From contig OZ024747.1 in the NCBI GenBank assembly GCA_964016885.1, positions 49,538,001-49,602,000 on the forward strand: DNA of 64,000 nucleotides. The letters run 5' to 3'. This document shows positions 9,907 through 19,400 of this stretch, piece by piece (the stretch's first letter is position 1; the number at the start of each line of letters is the position of its first letter). The translations under genes and the position numbers were made by a program. The DNA comes from Eledone cirrhosa. Lineage: Eukaryota. The notes under the pieces were generated by a model that did not search any database, was not told the origin of the DNA, and saw only the letters and a program-made list of their open reading frames with translations.

Positions 9907-12900
9907 ATGTAGGCACCTTAAAGGGTCGCTCTAACGAGGTTGTAGAAATGCTTGAACGTAAGGAGGTCGATGTTTGTTGTATTCAAGAGACCAGGTGGAG
10001 GGGAGGGTCGGCTAGATTCATCGTGGGTAAAGAACGATGCTATAAGCTTTTCTGGGTGGGAAATGACAATGGGTTGGGTGGGGTAGGAATCATGGTAGCA
10101 GAAAAGTGGGCAGATAAGATAATAGACGTAAATAGAGTGAACGACAGAATAATTAAAATAAGACTTGTCCTCAATAAAACTACGGTGACAGTAATATCTG
10201 CGTACGCACCCCAATCCGGACTGCCCCGCGCTATAAAAGACAGATTCTACGAGACACTGATGCTCGCTACCTCCCAAATAACTGACAGTGACTATATAGT
10301 TATTGCAGGCGACCTAAATGGTCACGTTGGACAACATTGTGACGACTATGACGGAATTCATGGAGGCTATGGGTTCGGTACTAGAAATGAGGAAGGCTCC
10401 AGAATCCTGGAATTCTGCGACGCAATTAACTTAACTATCTGTAACACTAACTTCAAAAAACGAGACAATCACTTGATCACCTATAGATCGGGGGAACACA
10501 CAAGCCAGGTAGATTATATCCTTACCAGAAGACGTGACAGAGTGTCTGTTGTTAACACTAAATCCCACCCCCATGAAGAATTCACCTCCCAACATAGACT
10601 GATAATTAGCGACCTCATAGTCAGGACGAGACGTACTAGACAGCGGAAGAGGACTATCCTCAGGAGAAAAATATGGAAGCTAAAGGACCCCATAGCCAGA
10701 AATAAATTTCAAAGCATATTACTTGACGCTTTCGACAGTAAGGAAGAGCAATTAGAGTCGTATAATATAGAGGAACAGTGGGAATTCCTGAGAGCAAACC
10801 TGCTGACGGCGGCAGACGAAGTCTGTGGCTGGAGCAGGCCTGTAGGTAGGAGGAGAGTAACATGGTGGTGGAACAGTAAGGTGGAGGAGTCAATTAAGAC
10901 CAAAAAGCAGGCTTGGAAAGTATGGCGGGATGGGGGAAGTAGAGAAGACTATCAAGTGGCCAGGAGGGAAGCTAGGAGACAAGTGTACTTCGCAAGAAGG
11001 GAAGCAGAGGAAAGAAAGTTCAAGCATGTTCTACAACGTGAGGACCAAAAACGTGAGGTGTTCAGGATTGCCAGGCAATGTGTCAAGGAAAACCGTGATA
11101 TTGTCGGGGAGAAGTGTGTACTTAACGATGATGGCATACTTGCCATCACCGACGCTGATAAGAAGGTAGCTTGGAAGTGTCACTACGAAAGGCTTCTAAA
11201 TGAGGAGAACAAATGGGAGAAAGACAGTCTCCCCCAGATCGATCCAATAGAGGGACCAGCAGTGTTAGTTGAAGGTAGTATAATAAGTAAGGCAATCAAA
11301 GATATGAAGACGGGTAAGGCGGCTGGGCCTTCGGAAATAGTTGCTGAGATGCTGAAGGCATCTGGTTCGGTGGGACACACCATGGTCACCCGGATAGTTA
11401 ACCAAGTCGTACAGAATGGGGTTGTTCCGAAGGAATGGCGTAGCAGCATCATCGTTAACTGCTATAAGGGAAAAGGAGATGCCCTAGATAGGAGTAACTA
11501 TAGAGGCATTAAATTAATCGACCAGGTCATGAAGGTCACGGAAAAAGTAATAGCGCAACTAATCAGAGAGAGAATTGATCTAGATGAAATGCAGTTCGGG
11601 TTTGTGTCAGGCAAAAGTACCACAGACGCTCTTTTCATTGTACGACAACTACAGGAGAAGTACCTAGCTAAAAGTAAACCCCTATACTTAGCTTTCGTCG
11701 ACTTGGAGAAAGCCTTCGACAGAGTCCCCCGTTCCATTATCTGGTGGTCTCTTAGAAAACTAGGTGTTGACGAATGGCTTGTGAGAGCTATACAAGCCAT
11801 GTATAAAGAAACAGTCAGTAAGGTTAGAATTAACAACGAATATAGTGAAGAGTTTAGCGTAAAAGTTGGTGTCCATCAGGGCTCTGTTCTTAGCCCCCTA
11901 CTATTTATTATTGCCCTTCAGGCTATAACAGAGGAGTTCAAGACCGGCTGCCCATGGGAACTCCTATACGCAGATGATCTAACGCTCATAGCTGAATCAA
12001 TGACCGAACTAGAGAAGAAATTCCAAACGTGGAAGCACGGCCTAGAATCAAAAGGCCTTAAAATTAACCTGGCTAAGACTAAAGTTCTAGTTTGTAGGAA
12101 AGAAAATAAGGCGGCGGTCCCATCGGGGAAATGGCCATGCTCAGTGTGTAGGAAAGGCGTAGGTAGAAACTCCATTTTATGTCCCAAATGCAAAGTATGG
12201 GTGCATAAAAGATGTAGTGGGATCACAGGTAAGCTAACTAAGAACATAGATTTTACATGTGGCCGGTGCTCTGGTGCAATAAGTAGCAGCAAGTGCCCAC
12301 GAAATACTAGCTCCTTCAACTGCGCAGAGGGTTCTATAGAAATAGTGGACAGCTTCCGTTATCTGGGTGACAAAATCAGCAGTGGGGGAGGGTGCTCTGA
12401 AAGTACAGTAGCTAGAGTCAGAACTGGATGGAAAAAGTTCAGAGAGCTTATACCACTATTAGCCGCTAGAGGGTTCTCCCTAAAAATGAAAGGCAGGTTA
12501 TACGATGCCTGCATACGAACAGCAATGCTGCATGGCAGTGAGACCTGGGCATTGTGTGCAGAGGATATACGCAGACTAGAGAGGAACGAAGCTTGCATGC
12601 TCCGCTGGATGTGCAATAGTAATATACGTGAACGGCAATGCATAAACGAACTAAGGAAAAAATTAGAAATAAGAGGGATCAGATGTTGTTTACTCGAGAG
12701 AAGGCTACGTTGGTACGGTCACGTGATGCGCATGAAAGACGACAGCTGTATAACAAAGTGCAGGGCAATAAAGATAGACGGTAGCCACGGAGTAGGCAGA
12801 CCCAGAAAAACATGGGACGAGCTGATAAATTCCGACCTCACACGGTTACACCTCTCCAAGACAATGTCACTGGACCGAGACCTTTGGCGGTACTCAGTAA

Positions 12901-12923
12901 TAGAGAAGACCCGCCTTACCTAA
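9903..12923 (+). CDS. RTE-clade LINE polyprotein: AP-like endonuclease, reverse transcriptase and inserted PHD-type zinc finger (1006 aa; frame open from 9840)
   Basis: APE motifs (FRVGT)MNVGTL, CIQETRW, SAYAPQ, AGDLNGHVG, QVDYIL and SQHRL. RT motifs NYRGIKL, QFGF, FVDLEKAFDRV, GVHQGSVLSPLLF, LLYADD (11967-11978) and FRYLG. RTE C-terminal motifs RRLRWYGHVMR and GRPRKTW. No stops or frameshifts. Confidence 0.96.
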   Translation: MNVGTLKGRSNEVVEMLERKEVDVCCIQETRWRGGSARFIVGKERCYKLFWVGNDNGLGGVGIMVAEKWADKIIDVNRVNDRIIKIRLVLNKTTVTVISAYAPQSGLPRAIKDRFYETLMLATSQITDSDYIVIAGDLNGHVGQHCDDYDGIHGGYGFGTRNEEGSRILEFCDAINLTICNTNFKKRDNHLITYRSGEHTSQVDYILTRRRDRVSVVNTKSHPHEEFTSQHRLIISDLIVRTRRTRQRKRTILRRKIWKLKDPIARNKFQSILLDAFDSKEEQLESYNIEEQWEFLRANLLTAADEVCGWSRPVGRRRVTWWWNSKVEESIKTKKQAWKVWRDGGSREDYQVARREARRQVYFARREAEERKFKHVLQREDQKREVFRIARQCVKENRDIVGEKCVLNDDGILAITDADKKVAWKCHYERLLNEENKWEKDSLPQIDPIEGPAVLVEGSIISKAIKDMKTGKAAGPSEIVAEMLKASGSVGHTMVTRIVNQVVQNGVVPKEWRSSIIVNCYKGKGDALDRSNYRGIKLIDQVMKVTEKVIAQLIRERIDLDEMQFGFVSGKSTTDALFIVRQLQEKYLAKSKPLYLAFVDLEKAFDRVPRSIIWWSLRKLGVDEWLVRAIQAMYKETVSKVRINNEYSEEFSVKVGVHQGSVLSPLLFIIALQAITEEFKTGCPWELLYADDLTLIAESMTELEKKFQTWKHGLESKGLKINLAKTKVLVCRKENKAAVPSGKWPCSVCRKGVGRNSILCPKCKVWVHKRCSGITGKLTKNIDFTCGRCSGAISSSKCPRNTSSFNCAEGSIEIVDSFRYLGDKISSGGGCSESTVARVRTGWKKFRELIPLLAARGFSLKMKGRLYDACIRTAMLHGSETWALCAEDIRRLERNEACMLRWMCNSNIRERQCINELRKKLEIRGIRCCLLERRLRWYGHVMRMKDDSCITKCRAIKIDGSHGVGRPRKTWDELINSDLTRLHLSKTMSLDRDLWRYSVIEKTRLT

Positions 12924-13091
12924 ATACAAAGTAAAAACCTACTACAGTCAGTAGGCATCTCTATCAAAACACACCCCCGTCCCACCACCTCCACCCCACC
13001 CACACCGCCCCTTTCAATGTAAAGTTATGTTGGTCCCACAACATCCAGGCCGAAACAAATGAGATCGTGTAGGTGTCACGACAAAAAACAC

Positions 13092-13323
13092 ACAGTCCAC
13101 GCTGTAAATGTGGCCGTGTAGGCAACACGGTAAAAACATCCCAGCCCCACACTGTAAATGTGGTTGGTGTTAGGAAGGGCATCCAGCTGTAGAAAACCCG
13201 CCAGACAGTCCACGCTGTAATGTGGCCGTGTAGGCAACACGGTAAAAACCTCCCAGCCCCACACTGTAAATGTGGTTGGTGTTAGGAAGGGCATCCAACT
13301 ATAGAAAACCCGCCAGACAGTCC
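13092..13323 (+). repeat. Tandem 113/112-bp duplication in the LINE 3' UTR, built from hairpin modules
   Basis: ACAGTCC starts at 13092, 13205 and 13317. The two copies differ at ~4 positions. Confidence 0.92.
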
Positions 13324-13407
13324 TATGCGAGCAAGACAACCACTCTTGCCTCAAGTGGGAAAACCCCCTTCCAAACCCATGCAAGCGTGGAACCCGGACG
13401 CTAAACC

Positions 13408-13436
13408 TGATGATGATGATGATGATGATGATGATG
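13408..13436 (+). repeat. (TGA)9 microsatellite tail of the LINE
   Basis: Read directly; short tandem-repeat tails are typical of RTE-clade elements. Confidence 0.95.
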
Positions 13437-16400
13437 TGTGTCTGTATCTGTTTACAGTTTATGTATGTCTGTATCTGTTTACAGTTTATGTGTCTGTATC
13501 AGTTTACAGTTTATGTGTATCTGTATCTGTTTACAGTTTATGTATGTCTGTGCCTGTATCTGTTTACAGTCTATGTATGTCTGTATCTGTTTACAGTTTA
13601 TGTATGTCTGTATCTGTTTACAGTTTATGTGTGTCTGTATCTGTTTACAGTTTATGTATGTCTGTATCTGTTTACAGTCTATGTATGTCTGTATCTGTTT
13701 ACAGTCTATGTATGTCTGTATCTGTTTACAGTTTATGTATGTCTGTGTGTGTTTACAGTTTATGTGTGTCTGTACCTGTTTACAGTTTATGTATGTCTGT
13801 ATCTGTTTACAGTTTATGTGTGTCTGTATCTGTTTACAGTTTATGTATGTCTGTGTGTGTTTACAGTTTATGTGTGTCTGTACCTGTTTACAGTTTATGT
13901 ATGTCTGTATCTGTCTACAGTTTATGTATGTCTGTATCTGTCTACAGTTTATGTGTGTCTATCTGTTTACAGTCTATGTATGTCTGTATCTGTTTACAGT
14001 TTATGTATGTCTGTATCTGTCTACAGTTTATGTATGTCTGTATCTGTTTACAGTCTATGTATGTCTGTATCAGTTTACAGTTTATGTGTGTCTGTATCTG
14101 TTTACAGTTTATGTGTGTCTATCTGTTTACAGTCTATGTATGACTGTATCTGTTTACAGTTTATGTATGTCTGTATCTGTTTACAGTTTATGTATGTCTG
14201 TATCAGTTTACAGTTTATGTGTGTCTGTATCAGTTTACAGTTTATGTGTGTCTGTATCTGTTTACAGTTTATGTGTGTCTATCTGTTTACAGTCTATGTA
14301 TGTCTGTATCTGTTTACAGTTTATGTATGTCTGTATCTGTCTACAGTTTATGTGTATCTGTAACTGTTTACAGTTTATGTATGTCTGTATATGTTTACAG
14401 TTTATGTATGTCTGTATCTGTTTACGGTTTATGTATGTCTGTGTGTGTTTACGGTTTATGTGTGTCTGTACCTGTTTACAGTTTATGTATGTCTGTATCT
14501 GTCTACAGTTTATGTATGTCTGTATCTGTTTACAATCTATGTATGTCTGTATCTGTCTACAGTTTATGTGTGTCGGTACCTGTCTACAGTCTATGTATGT
14601 GTGTACCTGTTTACAGTTTATGTATGTCTGTATCTGTTTACGGTCTATGTATGTGTGTATCTGTTTACAGCCTATGTATGTCTGTATCTGTTTACAGTTT
14701 ATGTATGTCTGTGTGTGTTTACAGTTTATGTGTGTCTGTATCTGTTTACAGTCTATGTATGACTGTATCTGTTTACAGTTTATGTATGACTGTATCTGTT
14801 TACAGTTTATATATGCCTGTATTTGTTTACAGTTTATGTATGTCTGTATCTGTTTACAGTCTATGTATGTCTGTATCTGTTTACAGTCTATGTATGTCTG
14901 TATCTGTTTACAGTCTATGTATGTCTGTATCTGTTTACGGTTTATGTATGTCTGTATCTGTTTACAGTTTATGTATGTCTGTATCTGTTTACAGTTTATG
15001 TATGTCTATCTGTTTACAGTTTATGTGTCTGTATCTGTTTACAGTTTATGTATGTCTGTGTCTGTTTATAGTTTATGTATGTCTGTATCTGTTTACAGTC
15101 TATGTATGTCTGTATCTGTTTACAGTTTATGTATGTCTGTATCTGTTTACAGTTTATGTATGTCTGTATCTGTTTACAGTTTATGTATGTCTGTATCTGT
15201 TTACAGTTTGTGTCTATCTGTTTACAGTTTATGTGTCTATCTGTTTACAGTTTATGTATGTCTGTGTCTGTTTACAGTTTATGTATATCTGTACCTGTTT
15301 ACAGTCTATGTATGTCTGTATCTGTTTACAGTTTATGTATGTCTGTATCTGTTTACAGTTTATGTATGTCTGTATCTGTTTACAGTCTATGTATGTCTAT
15401 CTGTTTACAGTTTATGTGTCTGTATCTGTTTACAGTCTATGTATGTCTGTATCTGTCTACAGTCTATGTATGTCTGTATCTGTCTACAGTCTATGTATGT
15501 CTGTATCTGTCTACAGTCTATGTATGTCTGTATCTGTTTACAATTTATGTATGTCTGTATCTGTTTACAGTTTATGTATGTCTGTATCTGTTTACAGTCT
15601 ATGTATGTCTATCTGTTTACAGTTTATGTGTCTGTATCTGTTTACAGTCTATGTATGTCTGTATCTGTCTACAGTCTATGTATGTCTGTATCTGTTTACA
15701 GTTTATGTATGTCTGTATCTGTTTACAGTTTATGTATGTCTGTATCTGTCTACAGTTTATGTATGTCTGTATCTGTTTACAGTTTATGTATGTCTGTATC
15801 TGTTTACAGTCTATGTATGTCTATCTGTTTACAGTTTATGTGTCTGTATCTGTTTACAGTCTATGTATGTCTGTATCTGTCTACAGTTTATGTATGTCTG
15901 TATCTGTCTACAGTTTATGTATGTCTGTATCTGTTTAGTTTATGTGTCTGTATCTGTTTACAGTTTATGTATGTCTGTATCTGTTTACAGTTTATGTGTC
16001 TATCTGTTTACAGTTTATGTGTGTCTATCTGTTTACAGTCTATGTATGACTGTATCTGTTTACAGTTTATGTATGTCTGTATCTGTTTACAGTTTATGTA
16101 TGTCTGTATCAGTTTACAGTTTATGTGTGTCTGTATCTGTTTACAGTCTATGTGTGTCTATCTGTTTACAGTCTATGTATGTCTGTATCTGTTTACAGTT
16201 TATGTATGTCTGTATCTGTTTAAAGTTTATGTATGTCTATCAGTTTACAGTTTATGTGTGCCTGTATCTGTTTACAGTTTATGTGTGTCTATCTGTTTAC
16301 AGTCTATGTATGACTGTATCTGTTTACAGTTTATGTATGTCTGTATCTGTTTACAGTTTATGTATGTCTGTATCAGTTTACAGTTTATGTGTGTCTGTAT

Positions 16401-19400
16401 CTGTTTACAGTTTATGTGTGTCTATCTGTTTACAGTCTATGTATGTCTGTATCTGTTTACAGTTTATGTATGTCTGTATCTGTTTACAGTCTATGTATGT
16501 CTGTATCTGTTTACAGTTTATGTATGTCTGTATCTGCTTACAGTTTATGTATGTCTGTATCTGTTTACAGTTTATGTATGTCTGTATCTGTTTACAGTTT
16601 ATGTATGTCTGTATCTGTTTACAGTCTATGTATGTCTGTATCTGTTTACAGTTTATGTATGTCTGTATCTGTTTACAGTTTATGTATGTCTATATCTGTT
16701 TACAGTCTATGTATGTCTGTATCTGTTTACAGTTTATGTATGTCTGTGTGTGTTTACAGTTTATGTGTGTCTGTATCTGTTTACAGTTTATGTATGTCTG
16801 TATCTGTTTACAGTTTATGTATGTCTGTATCTGTTTACAGTCTATGTATGTCTGTATCTGTTTACAGTTTATGTATGTCTGTATCTGTTTACAGTTTATG
16901 TATGTCTGTATCTGTTTACAGTTTATGTATGTCTGTATCTGTTTACAGTCTATGTATGTCTGTATCTGTTTACAGTCTATGTATGTCTGTATCTGTCTAC
17001 AGTTTACGTGTGTCGGTACCTGTCTAGAGTCTATGTATGTGTGTACCTGTTTACAGTTTATGTATGTCTGTATCTGTTTACGGTCTATGTATGTGTGTAT
17101 CTGTTTACAGTTTATGTATGTGTGTATCTGTTTACAGTTTATGTATGTCTGTATCTGTTTACAGTTTATGTATGTCTGTATCTGTTTACAGTTTATGTAT
17201 GTCTATATCTGTTTACAGTCTATGTATGTCTGTATCTGTTTACAGTTTATGTATGTCTGTGTGTGTTTACAGTTTATGTGTGTCTGTATCTGTTTACAGT
17301 TTATGTATGTCTGTATCTGTTTACAGTTTATGTGTGTCTATCTGTTTACAGTCTATGTATGACTGTATCTGTTTACAGTTTATGTATATCTGTATCTGTT
17401 TACAGTTTATGTATGTCTGTATCAGTTTACAGTTTATGTGTGTCTGTATCTGTTTACAGTTTATGTGTGTCTATCTGTTTACAGTCTATGTATGTCTGTA
17501 TCTGTTTACAGTTTATGTATGTCTGTATCTGTTTACAGTTTATGTATGTCTATCTGTTTACAGTTTATGTGTCTGTATCTGTTTACAGTTTATGTATGTC
17601 TGTGTCTGTTTATAGTTTATGTATGTCTGTACCTGTTTACAGTTTATGTATGTCTGTATCTGTTTACAGTTTATGTATGTCTGTATCTGTTTATAGTTTA
17701 TATATGCCTGTATCTGTTTACAGTTTATGTATGCCTGTATCTGTTTACAGTTTATGTATGTCTGTATCTGTTTACAGTCTATGTATGTCTGTATCTGTCT
17801 ACAGTCTATGTATGTCTGTATCTGTTTACAATTTATGTATGTCTGTATCTGTTTACAGTTTATGTATGTCTGTATCTGTCTACAGTTTATGTATGTCTGT
17901 ATCTGTTTACAGTCTATGTATGTCTATCTGTTTACAGTTTATGTGTCTGTATCTGTTTACAGTCTATGTATGTCTGTATCTGTCTACAGTCTATGTATGT
18001 CTGTATTTGTTTACAGTTTATGCATGTCTGTATCTGTTTACAGTTTATGTATGTCTGTATCTGTCTACAGTTTATGTATGTCTGTATCTGTTTACAGTTT
18101 ATGTATGTATCTGTTTACAGTCTATGTATGTCTATCTGTTTACAGTTTATGTGTCTGTATCTGTTTACAGTCTATGTATGTCTGTATCTGTCTACAGTTT
18201 ATGTATGTCTGTATCTGTCTACAGTTTATGTATGTCTGTATCTGTTTACAGTTTATGTATGTCTGTATCTGTTTACAGTTTATGTATGTCTGTATCTGTT
18301 TACAGTTTATGTGTCTGTATCTGTTTACAGTTTATGTATGTCTGTATCTGTTTACAGTTTATGTGTCTATCTGTTTACAGTTTATGTGTGTCTATCTGTT
18401 TACAGTCTATGTATGACTGTATCTGTTTACAGTTTATGTATGTCTGTATCTGTTTACAGTTTATGTATGTCTGTATCTGTTTACAGTTTATGTATGCCTG
18501 TATCAGTTTACAGTTTATGTGTGTCTGTATCTGTTTACAGTCTATGTGTGTCTATCTGTTTACAGTCTATGTATGTCTGTATCTGTTTACAGTTTATGTA
18601 TGTCTGTATCTGTTTACAGTTTATGTATGTCTATCAGTTTACAGTTTATGTGTGCCTGTATCTGTTTACAGTTTATGTGTGTCTATCTGTTTACAGTCTA
18701 TGTATGACTATCTGTTTACAGTTTATGTATGTCTGTATCTGTTTACAGTTTATGTATGTCTGTATCAGTTTACAGTTTATGTGTGTCTGTATCTGTTTAC
18801 AGTTTATGTGTGTCTATCTGTTTACAGTCTATGTATGTCTGTATCTGTTTACAGTTTATGTATGTCTGTATCTGTCTACAGTTTATGTGTATCTGTAACT
18901 GTTTACAGTTTATGTATGTCTGTATATGTTTACAGTTTATGTATGTCTGTATCTGTTTACGGTTTATGTATGTCTGTGTGTGTTTACGGTTTATGTGTGT
19001 CTGTACCTGTTTACAGTTTATGTATGTCTGTATCTGTCTACAGTTTATGTATGTCTGTATCTGTTTACAATCTATGTATGTCTGTATCTGTCTACAGTTT
19101 ATGTGTGTCGGTACCTGTCTACAGTCTATGTATGTGTGTACCTGTTTACAGTTTATGTATGTCTGTATCTGTTTACGGTCTATGTATGTGTGTATCTGTT
19201 TACAGCCTATGTATGTCTGTATCTGTTTACAGTTTATGTATGTCTGTGTGTGTTTACAGTTTATGTATGACTGTATCTGTTTACAGTTTATGTATGACTG
19301 TATCTGTTTACAGTTTATATATGCCTGTATTTGTTTACAGTTTATGTATGTCTGTATCTGTTTACAGTCTATGTATGTCTGTATCTGTTTACAGTCTATG

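Larger units (their letters stand above)
8338..13433 (+). mobile_element. RTE-clade LINE, ~5.1 kb, intact ORF, inserted in the satellite
   Basis: Sharp satellite boundaries on both sides. It contains a 5' repeat region, a single APE-RT ORF, a 3' UTR ending in the CCATG-CAAG-CGTGG stem-loop plus CGGACGCTAAAC, and a (TGA)9 tail from 13408. Confidence 0.93.

Noticed and set aside
9918-12643. Antisense and alternative-frame ORFs within the LINE ORF
   Set aside because: Short shadows of a coding sequence with no recognisable motifs.
13358-13415. Hammerhead-like words GAAA and CTGATGA near the LINE 3' end
   Set aside because: CTGATGA is just the start of the (TGA)n tail, and I could not build the three required stems.
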